Of a DNA stretch of 24,000 nucleotides, positions 6,533 to 14,387 are shown one piece after another. The translations under genes were made by a program, and so were the position numbers. Position 1 is the first letter of the stretch, and every line of letters begins with the position of its first letter. The DNA comes from Polaromonas sp. (lineage in GTDB: Bacteria > Pseudomonadota > Gammaproteobacteria > Burkholderiales > Burkholderiaceae_C). A model generated the notes under the pieces. That model saw nothing but the letters and a program-made list of their open reading frames with translations, had not been told where the DNA came from and did no database searches. The DNA is taken from NCBI GenBank assembly GCA_043754255.1, contig JAYUVG010000167.1, forward strand, positions 39,864-63,863, given 5' to 3'.

Positions 6533-8317
6533 TTGACATTTTCAGTTCACGGCCTGGCAGTCTCGCGGGGTATTGCGATTGGCCGCGCTGTGCTGGTGGC
6601 GTCCAGCCGGGCTGATGTGGCGCATTACTTTGTGGATGCGGACAAAACCGACCTGGAAATTACCCGTATCAAGGCAGCCCGTAACGCCGTGGTTGAAGAG
6701 ATCACCCGCCTGCAGCGTGATTTGCCCAAGGATGCGCCGCATGAAATTGCCGCGCTGCTGGACGTGCATTTGATGCTGCTACAGGACGACCAGCTGATCA
6801 GTGGTGTCAAGAAGTGGATCACCGAGCGGCGCTACAACGCCGAGTGGGCGCTGACCACCCAGTACGAAACCATTGCCCGCCAGTTTGACGACATGGAAGA
6901 CGAGTACTTGCGTGAACGCAAGGCGGATCTGGAGCAGGTTGTTGAGCGTATTTTGCGCAGCATGAAAGGCATGGCTTCGCCGCTGCAACCGGTGGCTCAG
7001 GCGGGTGCCAGCCGCAAGCAGTCGCAGCAGGATTTTTTGCTGGACGACACGGTTGATGTGCCGCTGGTGCTGATTGCGCATGACATTTCACCGGCTGACA
7101 TGCTGCAGTTCAAAGAAAGCCTGTTTGCCGGGTTTGCCACCGACGTGGGCGGCAAAACGTCGCACACCGCCATCGTGGCGCGCAGTATGGACATCCCGGC
7201 AGTGGTGGGCGCGCGCAGTGCCAGCCAGCTGATTGAGCAGGACGACTGGGTCATCATTGACGGCGATGCCGGCATATTGATTGTGGATCCGTCGCCAATT
7301 ATTCTGGCGGAATACGGCTTCAAGCAGCGCCAGGGCGAGCTGGAGCGTGAGCGTTTGAGCCGCCTTAAACACACCCCGGCCGTCACGCTGGACGACCAGC
7401 GCATTGAGCTGCTGGCCAACATTGAATTGCCAGGCGACACACTGGGCGCCGTCAAGGCCGGCGCAGTGGGTGTGGGCTTGTTTCGCAGTGAGTTTTTGTT
7501 CATGGGCCGCGAATCAAAAGGCGCGGGCAAACTGCCCAACGAGGACGAGCAATACACCGCCTACTGCCAGGCGATTGACGGCATGAAGGGCTTGCCAGTG
7601 ACCATTCGCACGGTGGACATTGGCTCAGACAAAGCACTGGACCGAATGGGTGACCGGATGGAAAAAGCGCAGGACACGCACCTGAACCCGGCCCTTGGCC
7701 TGCGCGCCATTCGCTGGTCACTGGCCGACCCACCGATGTTTTTGACCCAGCTGCGCGCCATTTTGCGGGCTGCAGCACACGGCCAGGTCAACCTGCTGGT
7801 GCCGATGCTGGCGCATTTGAGCGAGATCAAACAAACGCTGCTGCTGATTGACCGTGCGCGGGTACAACTGGACAACCAGGGTGTGCCGTACGGCCCGGTG
7901 CGCCTGGGCGCGATGATTGAAATACCGGCTGCTGCATTGACGCTCAAAACGTTTTTAAAATACTTCGACTTTTTGTCGATCGGCACCAACGATTTGATCC
8001 AGTACACGCTGGCGATTGACCGCGCCGACGAATCAGTTGCCCACCTGTACGACCCGTGCCACCCGGCCGTGTTGCAACTGATTGCTGCCACCATTGCTGA
8101 ATGCAACGCACAAGACAAAGGCGTCAGCATCTGTGGCGAAATGGCCGGTGATGTCGCCATGACCAAGCTGCTGCTGGGAATGGGGCTGCGCAGCTTTTCA
8201 ATGCACCCATCGCAAATACTGGCGGTCAAGCAGCAAATATTGCGATCAGACACCGCCAAGCTCAAACCGTGGGCTGCGCGGGTGCTGGACAGTGAAGATC
8301 CGTCCTCGCTGATTTAA
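6533..8317 (+). CDS. ptsI: Phosphoenolpyruvate-protein phosphotransferase (Enzyme I)
   Basis: The track ORF is 6467-8317. The likely start is TTG at 6533, after AAGGGGA (6521-6527), two nt past the HPr stop. GGKTSHTAIVARS holds the phospho-His loop, and IGTNDLIQYTLAIDR and CGEMAG are PEP-utiliser C-terminal motifs. Confidence 0.92.
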   Translation: MTFSVHGLAVSRGIAIGRAVLVASSRADVAHYFVDADKTDLEITRIKAARNAVVEEITRLQRDLPKDAPHEIAALLDVHLMLLQDDQLISGVKKWITERRYNAEWALTTQYETIARQFDDMEDEYLRERKADLEQVVERILRSMKGMASPLQPVAQAGASRKQSQQDFLLDDTVDVPLVLIAHDISPADMLQFKESLFAGFATDVGGKTSHTAIVARSMDIPAVVGARSASQLIEQDDWVIIDGDAGILIVDPSPIILAEYGFKQRQGELERERLSRLKHTPAVTLDDQRIELLANIELPGDTLGAVKAGAVGVGLFRSEFLFMGRESKGAGKLPNEDEQYTAYCQAIDGMKGLPVTIRTVDIGSDKALDRMGDRMEKAQDTHLNPALGLRAIRWSLADPPMFLTQLRAILRAAAHGQVNLLVPMLAHLSEIKQTLLLIDRARVQLDNQGVPYGPVRLGAMIEIPAAALTLKTFLKYFDFLSIGTNDLIQYTLAIDRADESVAHLYDPCHPAVLQLIAATIAECNAQDKGVSICGEMAGDVAMTKLLLGMGLRSFSMHPSQILAVKQQILRSDTAKLKPWAARVLDSEDPSSLI

Positions 8318-8333
8318 GTCACCTTTTTGTATT

Positions 8334-8395
8334 TGCTATTAAATCAGTAGCTGCTTGCGCTGTATTTACATCGGCTAGAGCACTATTTGGTCAAT
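8334..8395. repeat. Copy 2 of the ~62-bp dispersed repeat
   Basis: TGCTATTAAATCAGTAGCTGCTTGCGCTGTATTTACATCGGCTAGAGCACTATTTGGTCAAT. It starts 17 nt after the ptsI stop. Confidence 0.75.
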
Positions 8396-8422
8396 GACCA
8401 ACAAAGTTCAGTTCAGACTGCC

Positions 8423-8499
8423 GTCATCCTCGCGAAGGCGGGGATCCAGTACCCGAATCTGTTCTTGATCTTCTGGATTCCCGCCTTCGCGGGAATGAC
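8423..8499. repeat. Inverted pair of dRS3-like units
   Basis: GTCATCCTCGCGAAGGCGGGGATCCAG (8423-8449) and CTGGATTCCCGCCTTCGCGGGAATGAC (8474-8499, rc = GTCATTCCCGCGAAGGCGGGAATCCAG) are separated by 24 nt. Track ORF 8387-8581 (..VILAKAGIQ..IPAFAGMTG..) is just their translation. Confidence 0.8.
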
Positions 8500-8536
8500 G
8501 GGATGGATTTTTTGTATTCGTTGCAAGTTTGCAGAT

Positions 8537-8598
8537 TGCTACAAATTCAATAGCTTTTTACCCACGTATTTATTGGGTTAGAGACATTTTTTCTGATG
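8537..8598. repeat. Copy 3 (degenerate) of the ~62-bp dispersed repeat
   Basis: TGCTACAAATTCAATAGCTTTTTACCCACGTATTTATTGGGTTAGAGACATTTTTTCTGATG. The ends are conserved and the centre has diverged. Confidence 0.5.
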
Positions 8599-8600
8599 AA

Positions 8601-9338
8601 TTAATCAAACCCATGCAGCAAGCGGCGTGCATTTTCTGCGCACAGTGCGCGCAGCTCAGCGCTTAATTGAACATCAACGCCAGCTTGCTGCCAATAGTCA
8701 ACAGCCCAACTTCGTGCCAGTCCAGCCTCAGCTGCATAGCCCACGGGTAGCCGGATTTCGCGCAGCGGCGATGGGTCAAGGTTGCCGCTGTGGATGTCGG
8801 GTCGCCACATCATCGGCAGCATGTCGTATACCGGTGCGAGCCGAATTTTCGGCGCATTGACATCGTCCACATAAAACGAGAGATTTCCCGAATGCATATC
8901 GGTGTTGCCGATGTAGTGGCCAAAAGCAAAAATGCAGGCAATTTGCTGCAACTCGTGCGGCGTTATCAAGCCTTTTTGCGCCAGAGCGGCGGCGGTATGC
9001 ACCCAGTTTTGCCAGGGGCCGCCGACAAATTCATCGTGAACGGCGGCAATCGCCACAACGTGATGTTTGTCCTCTATACCGATCCGGTCAAAGCGCAGAG
9101 ATTCCAGATAACTGCGCTGGGTGACGTGCAAGACCTGCGTTGGCGTGGCGTCTACGCCATGTTGAATCAAAGTGCGCAACGCCAACGCCTCAAGTATCAG
9201 CAAATCCCGCCACCTGTCCCCAAAGGGTGTGCCGTGAGGCGGTGTGTGCCTGACGATGCAATGCTCCCGGCTCTGATTGCCTGAGTATTCCGACAGAAAT
9301 TCTGGCTGTTCGCCCCCGGCGCTAGAGCCGGCTGACAA
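8601..9338 (-). CDS. HipA-like Ser/Thr kinase core (YjjJ/HipH-like); possibly frameshift-separated from its N-terminal HTH
   Basis: 245-aa ORF. GGEQPEF is a GxQxK-type loop and GNTDMHSGNLSF is the D-x-H-x-x-N catalytic loop of HipA_C. The only start is TTG at 9338, with no SD. An HTH-like 58-aa ORF ends 17 nt inside it in another frame. Confidence 0.7.
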   Translation of the reverse strand: MSAGSSAGGEQPEFLSEYSGNQSREHCIVRHTPPHGTPFGDRWRDLLILEALALRTLIQHGVDATPTQVLHVTQRSYLESLRFDRIGIEDKHHVVAIAAVHDEFVGGPWQNWVHTAAALAQKGLITPHELQQIACIFAFGHYIGNTDMHSGNLSFYVDDVNAPKIRLAPVYDMLPMMWRPDIHSGNLDPSPLREIRLPVGYAAEAGLARSWAVDYWQQAGVDVQLSAELRALCAENARRLLHGFD

Positions 9339-9498
9339 ACTGTGGCTGGCCTGAACTGCTCTTGTGTCCTATTGGGCCAGTCGCGGGGCCGGACTGGCTT
9401 TTGCCGGTGGCCGCAGCCAATTGTGCAGCCGAGAGCGGCTTGCCTTGCGCCAACAGTGCTGTTTCAGCCTCAGGCAGTTCAAGTTTTGGTTGATTCAT
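9322..9498 (-). CDS. 58-aa HTH-like ORF (candidate detached N-terminus of the HipA-like protein)
   Basis: Below the track size cut-off, so translated by hand: MNQPKLELPEAETALLAQGKPLSAAQLAAATGKSQSGPATGPIGHKSSSGQPQFVSRL*. The patterns ..PLSAAQLAAATG.. and ..QPxxVSRL resemble the HTH that is fused to YjjJ-type HipA kinases. It overlaps the kinase ORF by 17 nt, and the kinase frame is offset by one nucleotide. Confidence 0.35.
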   Translation of the reverse strand: MNQPKLELPEAETALLAQGKPLSAAQLAAATGKSQSGPATGPIGHKSSSGQPQFVSRL

Positions 9499-9531
9499 TC
9501 ATAGATACTTCTTGCCTAAGTACCTGTGAAT

Positions 9532-9556
9532 ATTCAGGAATTTGAAATTCCTGAAT
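9532..9556. promoter_or_regulatory. Perfect 25-bp palindrome, candidate operator
   Basis: ATTCAGGAATTT-G-AAATTCCTGAAT has perfect 12-bp arms. It lies 34 nt upstream of the HTH ORF's ATG and 30 nt downstream of the lipA stop. No T-run follows on the minus strand, so an operator is more likely than a terminator. Confidence 0.5.
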
Positions 9557-9585
9557 AGATAAATTCAGAGATAGTCAACGCACTT

Positions 9586-10572
9586 TCAAATCAATGCCAG
9601 AACACCTTCTGCCTGTTTGTCGGCGTGGTAACTTGACCTGACCATTGCGCCAACTGCCGCATGGGTGAACCCCATTTTGTAAGCCTCGGCCTCAAACATT
9701 TTGAAGGTGTCGGGGTGCACGTAGCGGCGCACGGGTAAATGCGACATGGAGGGGGCTAAATATTGGCCAATTGTCAGCATGTCAATGTCGTGCGCGCGCA
9801 TGTCGCGCATGACTTGCAAAATCTCTTCGTCGGTTTCGCCCAGGCCGACCATGATGCCGCTTTTGGTGGGCACGTTGGGGTGCAGGGCTTTGAATTTTTT
9901 CAAAAGGCTCAGTGAAAACTGGTAGTCGCTGCCGGGGCGCGCTTCTTTGTACAAGCGGGCGGTGGTTTCCAGGTTGTGGTTCATGATGTCGGGCGGCGCA
10001 GCTTTTAAAATTTCAAGCGCACGGTCGTCACGACCCCTGAAGTCGGGCACCAAAATCTCAATGGTGGTGGCGGGCGAGAGTTCGCGGATTTTGCTGATGC
10101 ATTCGACAAAATGCCCGCTGCCGCCATCGCGCAAATCGTCCCGATCCACGCTGGTGATGACCACGTATTTCAGCTTCAGCGCCGCAATGGTTTTGGCCAG
10201 ATTCAGTGGCTCATCAGCATCCAGCGGGTCAGGCCGGCCGTGGCCCACATCGCAAAACGGGCAACGCCGTGTGCATTTGTCGCCCATGATCATGAAGGTC
10301 GCCGTGCCCTTGCCAAAGCATTCGCCGATGTTGGGGCAACTGGCTTCTTCGCACACAGTGTTGAGTTTGTTCTCGCGCAGGATTTGCTTGATTTCGTAAA
10401 ACCGGGTGGTGGGGGAACCTGCCTTGACGCGAATCCAGTCGGGTTTTTTCAGCACTTCGGCGCGCTCGACTTTGACCGGAATACGCGACAGCTTGGCTGC
10501 TGCCTTTTGTTTGGCCAGCGGGTTGTACTCTAGCTGGCTTTGGACTTCTCTGACGACTTCCTGTGTACTCAT
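9586..10572 (-). CDS. lipA: Lipoyl synthase
   Basis: 328 aa. It has the [12 protein letters not shown] auxiliary cluster motif and the [10 protein letters not shown] radical-SAM CxxxCxxC motif. Confidence 0.96.
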   Translation of the reverse strand: MSTQEVVREVQSQLEYNPLAKQKAAAKLSRIPVKVERAEVLKKPDWIRVKAGSPTTRFYEIKQILRENKLNTVCEEASCPNIGECFGKGTATFMIMGDKCTRRCPFCDVGHGRPDPLDADEPLNLAKTIAALKLKYVVITSVDRDDLRDGGSGHFVECISKIRELSPATTIEILVPDFRGRDDRALEILKAAPPDIMNHNLETTARLYKEARPGSDYQFSLSLLKKFKALHPNVPTKSGIMVGLGETDEEILQVMRDMRAHDIDMLTIGQYLAPSMSHLPVRRYVHPDTFKMFEAEAYKMGFTHAAVGAMVRSSYHADKQAEGVLALI

Positions 10573-10584
10573 GGTGGTTTGACT

Positions 10585-11367
10585 TTAGGGTGCAAGGTAG
10601 CTGACAAGCTTTTGACTGAAGACATCAGCAGCCTCTTGCCAGCCCACTGAAACACCGATTGTACGAAGGTCAACCGTTTGCAAACCCGCGTAGCCGCAGG
10701 GGTTGATGCGCGAGAAGGGTTCCAGGTCCATCGCCACATTCAGCGCCACGCCGTGGTAGGTGCAGTGGCGGCTGACCTTGATGCCGAGGGCGGCGATTTT
10801 GCCGAGGCCGGCAAATGCGGGGTCAGCGAAATTGGGGTCAGAGCCACTTCGCTTCGCTACGGGATCCGACCCCAATTTCGCGGTGCGGGGAGGGGGCAGC
10901 ATGGCATGAGAAAACGGATCATCCAGCCGCACATAAATCCCTGGCGCGCCACGTACCCGATGCCCTGTCACGCCAAAATGCGCCAGCGTGCGAATCACTG
11001 CTTCTTCCACCCGATACACGTATTCTTTAACGTAATAGCCCGCCGCTTTCAAGTCAACCAGCGGATACGCCACAACCTGCCCCGGCCCATGAAACGTCAC
11101 CTGCCCACCCCGGTCGGTTTGCACAATCGGGATGTTGCCGGGGTTTAAAACGTGTTCAGTCTTGCCTGCCAGGCCCTGCGTAAAAACCGCTGGGTGCTCA
11201 CAAATCCATAGCTGGTTGCGCGCATTCTGTGCTGGCTGGAGGTCGATTTGACCATTATTTTGATCTGTTTTGGTGCTTCTGGCGGCGGTGTACGCCTGCA
11301 TGGCGGCCCATGTTGGCAGGTACTCGACTTGCCCGAGCTGGCGGACTTCCATGAACGGCTCGTTCAC
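10585..11367 (-). CDS. lipB: Octanoyltransferase LipB, with an internal repeat-derived insertion
   Basis: Contains [45 protein letters not shown] and INPCGY. The start is either GTG at 11367 (overlapping the res TGA as GTGA) or ATG at 11352 ([11 protein letters not shown]...). Confidence 0.9.
   Translation of the reverse strand: MNEPFMEVRQLGQVEYLPTWAAMQAYTAARSTKTDQNNGQIDLQPAQNARNQLWICEHPAVFTQGLAGKTEHVLNPGNIPIVQTDRGGQVTFHGPGQVVAYPLVDLKAAGYYVKEYVYRVEEAVIRTLAHFGVTGHRVRGAPGIYVRLDDPFSHAMLPPPRTAKLGSDPVAKRSGSDPNFADPAFAGLGKIAALGIKVSRHCTYHGVALNVAMDLEPFSRINPCGYAGLQTVDLRTIGVSVGWQEAADVFSQKLVSYLAP
10826..10881. repeat. Palindromic element inside lipB (in frame)
   Basis: GCGAAATTGGGGTC (10826-10839) and GACCCCAATTTCGC (10868-10881) are perfect 14-bp inverted arms. 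GGGGTCAG occurs twice (10818-10825 and 10834-10841). In LipB the element is translated as ..[20 protein letters not shown].. Confidence 0.7.
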
Positions 11368-14054
11368 CCCAACAGCCTGTCAAGTTGCCCAGACATGCCC
11401 ACGCCATCGTGGTCTTTGATGATCTGCCCAAACACACATTTGCCGCCGCTTTTGGCCGCCCACAACTCGCCAATTTGCCGCTTTTCAATCTCAAGTGGAA
11501 TATTGAGTAATTGCGCGCCTTTGTACTCAACGACGGCAATGCGCCCGTCTGTCAGCTCCGCTACAAAGTCCGGAAAAAACCGCCCGCGCGATGTGGCCAG
11601 TGCAAAGCCGCAAGGCTGCGTGACCAGATTGCGCACCCAGTGTTTGACAGAGTGGTGTTTGTCCAGCAGTTGCGCGCACAAAAACTCTTCGCCGTCGTCT
11701 TTCAGGTCAGCCAGCACCGGGTAGAAGTGTCTGTTGAACTGGTAGCGGCCTGCGTAACGCCCGCCAGCAGGCACCGGGTAGCGATTCGCCTCAAACAAAA
11801 GCGGGCGCGTCCAGTCGGGCTCAATCGTCCACTCGCCTTCAAGCACAAGCTGGCGAAATTGCGCTTTGGCGGCTTTGTCTTTCAGGTCGCCGACCCGTGC
11901 CTCAATGTCTTGAGCCAATTTGAATCGCGCTTTGACCAGGGTTGCCAGCGGCACGCCGCGCTCATGCATCAGGTGGCTGACGACGGCTGCAAAGTAGCTG
12001 CTGCGCTGGCCTTGCGTCAAATCGGGTAGCTTTTGAAACAGCGACTGGTCCAGCCAGCGCACCAAATCTTGCGCGGTGATGGTGGTGGAGCCATAGTCAA
12101 ACGCGATCTGGCTGGCGTCCGCCGCGCGCAGATTGACTTTGCTGTCTTTTAAATAAATCTCAAACGTATTGGACTGCTCCACCACCTGAAAGCCTGGCAA
12201 TGCAATCGCATCTGGGCTAAGTAAATCCAGCTCGACAGCTTCAAGCACCGCCTCACGCTCCAGCGGCCACAACTGGCCCTGCGGTGTGCTGCGGTAGCCC
12301 AGCGTGGGCACGGGCGCAAAGCGCGCACCGCGCGATGCGGGCGCGGCCTGGGCGGCAACCAGCGCGTTGTGCTGCGCGACTTTGGCAACGACCAGCTCCT
12401 GCTTTTTGGCACCGCGCACCTGCGCCACCAACAGCGCTTCCAGCTCCAGACTGATGTGGCCGGTGACGACGAGGTTTTGCTCACCGGCAATTTGCATGAC
12501 TTCAACACCAGCGGCATGGCGCAACTCCTCTGACGGCGCAGGTGCTATAAAATTAGTAGCTGTTTGCGCAGTATTTATGTCGGCTAGAGGCTCATTTGAT
12601 GTATAAAACTGATCGAAAAGGGGCAAATTGGACTGCTGCACCACCATCGACGCCACATCCAGCGCCTCAAAACCCATGTTGTTGATGAGCCTGTCGGCCA
12701 GCTCATGCGCAGCGGTTGAAAACTTGGCCTCGCAGACGTGTGCATATGCGCGATTGAGCGCTTCCCGCCCACGCGGGCTGGCATACGGCATGCGTAGCAC
12801 GCGGCCCAGCAGCTGCTCCACCGCAGTCGCGCTTGACAGCTTTTGCAGCGAACACAGCACGTAGGCAAACGGGCAGTCCCAGCCTTCACGCAGCGCCTGC
12901 ACCGTAATCACAAAGCGCACCGGGCAGTCGCGGGACGACAAGTCCAGCCCCTCCAGCTCGCGCGTGTCGCCGGTGGCTACTTTGATCTGCTCAGGCGGTA
13001 TGTGCAGTTCGTCCTGCAGATGTTTGCGCAATGCCTCGGGCGGCACCTCATCGTTTTCGTTCTGGGCCTGAAACAGCACAATTGGCCGGACGTAGCCATT
13101 GCCTGCCGCTTCATCCTTCAACGCTTCGCTTTCCAGCGCGCGCTGGCTTTGTACCGCGGCAAACACCGCCTGCTGCCAGCCCTGCGGGTGCTCGGCCAGC
13201 GCAATCGGCAGCTTGATCATGCTTTCCGCCGCCAGCTCCTGCGCGCTGACGTGGTACAGCACATTGGTTTTGCCCGGGATGGGCGTAGCCGTCAGTTCCA
13301 AAATGGCGCTGGGGTTCAGGCGCTTCAGGGCGGTAAAGCTTTTGTCGGTTTTGGTGTTGTGCGCCTCGTCAACAATCAGCAGCGGCTCATGCAGTGCCAG
13401 CCAGTTGGCCAAGCTCCAGCGCGGCTGGTTGATGAAACCTGCCAGCACGCCGGTCTTGTCATGGGTTGCTTCATCAGGCGTGACCAACGCATCCGGCAAG
13501 CCGTGCAGCACCCGCAAACGCTGTTCATCACAGCCCTTGAAGTGCCGCTCAAAGCTTTCAGAAAAGCTGTACACATTGCGCTTGTCGGTGTCGTCCACCC
13601 GAAAGCTCTGAATGGTGGCTACCACCACCACGGCACGCTGGCCCCAGTCTGGCGGGGCAATATTTGCCAAATCCTCCAGCACACACACCCGCACGCCGCT
13701 GCCGTAGCTGGCCTCCAGCGCCTCACGGTACGGGTGGCCAGCGGTTTGCAGCGCTTTAAGCGTCTGGCTGCGAATCGTGTCACTCGGCACCAGCCACACC
13801 GCCACCGGCGCATCGGTAGCGCGCCATTCCTGCGCCAACACATTCACAGCATGCGCCGCCATCAGCGTTTTGCCGCCGCCGGTGGGGATGCGCAGGCAAA
13901 TGCACGGCACCTGGCCAAAAGGGTCAGCGTTGTAAGGCCGCCCCACCGCTTCGCCAAAAGCCATGGCCGCGCCTTTTAACTGGGCTGACCGGGCAAATGC
14001 CCGCAGCGCGTCTAGCGCGGCTTGCTGGTAGGACTTGAGGGTAAGGGTGGTCAT
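11364..14054 (-). CDS. res: Type III restriction enzyme Res subunit (SF2 helicase plus PD-(D/E)xK nuclease)
   Basis: 896 aa. The helicase motifs are [21 protein letters not shown] and [10 protein letters not shown]. The C-terminal [17 protein letters not shown] is a PD..ExK nuclease motif. Confidence 0.9.
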   Translation of the reverse strand: MTTLTLKSYQQAALDALRAFARSAQLKGAAMAFGEAVGRPYNADPFGQVPCICLRIPTGGGKTLMAAHAVNVLAQEWRATDAPVAVWLVPSDTIRSQTLKALQTAGHPYREALEASYGSGVRVCVLEDLANIAPPDWGQRAVVVVATIQSFRVDDTDKRNVYSFSESFERHFKGCDEQRLRVLHGLPDALVTPDEATHDKTGVLAGFINQPRWSLANWLALHEPLLIVDEAHNTKTDKSFTALKRLNPSAILELTATPIPGKTNVLYHVSAQELAAESMIKLPIALAEHPQGWQQAVFAAVQSQRALESEALKDEAAGNGYVRPIVLFQAQNENDEVPPEALRKHLQDELHIPPEQIKVATGDTRELEGLDLSSRDCPVRFVITVQALREGWDCPFAYVLCSLQKLSSATAVEQLLGRVLRMPYASPRGREALNRAYAHVCEAKFSTAAHELADRLINNMGFEALDVASMVVQQSNLPLFDQFYTSNEPLADINTAQTATNFIAPAPSEELRHAAGVEVMQIAGEQNLVVTGHISLELEALLVAQVRGAKKQELVVAKVAQHNALVAAQAAPASRGARFAPVPTLGYRSTPQGQLWPLEREAVLEAVELDLLSPDAIALPGFQVVEQSNTFEIYLKDSKVNLRAADASQIAFDYGSTTITAQDLVRWLDQSLFQKLPDLTQGQRSSYFAAVVSHLMHERGVPLATLVKARFKLAQDIEARVGDLKDKAAKAQFRQLVLEGEWTIEPDWTRPLLFEANRYPVPAGGRYAGRYQFNRHFYPVLADLKDDGEEFLCAQLLDKHHSVKHWVRNLVTQPCGFALATSRGRFFPDFVAELTDGRIAVVEYKGAQLLNIPLEIEKRQIGELWAAKSGGKCVFGQIIKDHDGVGMSGQLDRLLG
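12543..12606. repeat. Copy 4 of the ~62-bp dispersed repeat, in frame inside res
   Basis: TGCTATAAAATTAGTAGCTGTTTGCGCAGTATTTATGTCGGCTAGAGGCTCATTTGATGTATAA. By my hand alignment 47 of the first 58 nt match copy 2. The rc is translated within Res as ..[21 protein letters not shown].. Confidence 0.75.
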
Positions 14055-14059
14055 TTGTT

Positions 14060-14088
14060 TTGCAGAACAGTGGTTTACGGATTAAAAT
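14060..14088 (+). promoter_or_regulatory. Sigma70-like promoter motif P1 (antisense to the operon)
   Basis: TTGCAG (14060-14065) - 17 nt - TAAAAT (14083-14088). It is 23/29 identical to the motif at 14260-14288. The -35 box lies 6 nt from the res start codon, on the opposite strand. Confidence 0.35.
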
Positions 14089-14259
14089 GCTGGTGTGGGA
14101 ACAAAAATCGGCTTCATGCCGTGAGAATGCAAAGCGCAGGTAACTGGGTAGCGCACTCCTATATTCCCACCCCTTTTCTATTTTGTCTCCGCAGCTTCCG
14201 TCCCACACCAGGCGACTAGAGCCAAAATGTCGTGGATGCTGCGGGGCCTCTTCTCTACT

Positions 14260-14288
14260 TTGCTAAATATTGCTTTACCGATTAAAAT
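14260..14288 (+). promoter_or_regulatory. Sigma70-like promoter motif P2 (antisense to the operon)
   Basis: TTGCTA (14260-14265) - 17 nt - TAAAAT (14283-14288). It lies exactly 200 bp downstream of P1 and shares the core TTTACnGATTAAAAT. Confidence 0.35.
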
Positions 14289-14295
14289 CTATTCT

Positions 14296-14372
14296 CACCC
14301 GCGAAGTCGTTTCGGACGTTAAGAGAAGGGGGCGAAAGCCAGCATGCACTCGTCGCGGGTGTACTTTTTATT
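14296..14372 (+). ncRNA. Candidate small structured RNA downstream of P2 (hypothetical)
   Basis: The 9-bp perfect stem CACCCGCGA (14296-14304) / TCGCGGGTG (14353-14361) starts about 7 nt after the P2 -10 box. It encloses GGC-GAAA-GCC (14331-14340) and is followed by TACTTTTTATT. There is no ORF with an RBS. This rests on sequence shape only, with no transcript evidence. Confidence 0.22.
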
Positions 14373-14387
14373 CAGGCACATCATTAT

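Noticed and set aside
6997-8265. Minus-strand ORFs of 186 aa and 234 aa inside ptsI
   Set aside because: They are antisense to a gene with unambiguous Enzyme I motifs. Their Ser/Ala/Arg-rich composition is typical of shadow ORFs.
8387-8581. 64-aa ORF in the ptsI/hipA-like gap
   Set aside because: Its sequence (VILAKAGIQ ... IPAFAGMTG) is simply the translation of the two dRS3-like units and the flanking repeats.
12843-13979. 378-aa + strand ORF antisense to res, and other + ORFs at 11511-12029, 13099-13611 and 12304-12606
   Set aside because: They are Arg/His/Gln-rich with no motifs. The opposite strand has the full complement of SF2 helicase and nuclease motifs.
14090-14211. Retron-like msr/msd or type III toxin-antitoxin RNA repeat array in the spacer
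   Set aside because: There is no reverse transcriptase gene in the window, so a retron is unsupported. There is no tandem array of equal-length repeats upstream of and co-directional with the ORF, as in ToxIN-type loci. Only two 29-mers 200 bp apart occur, on the opposite strand.
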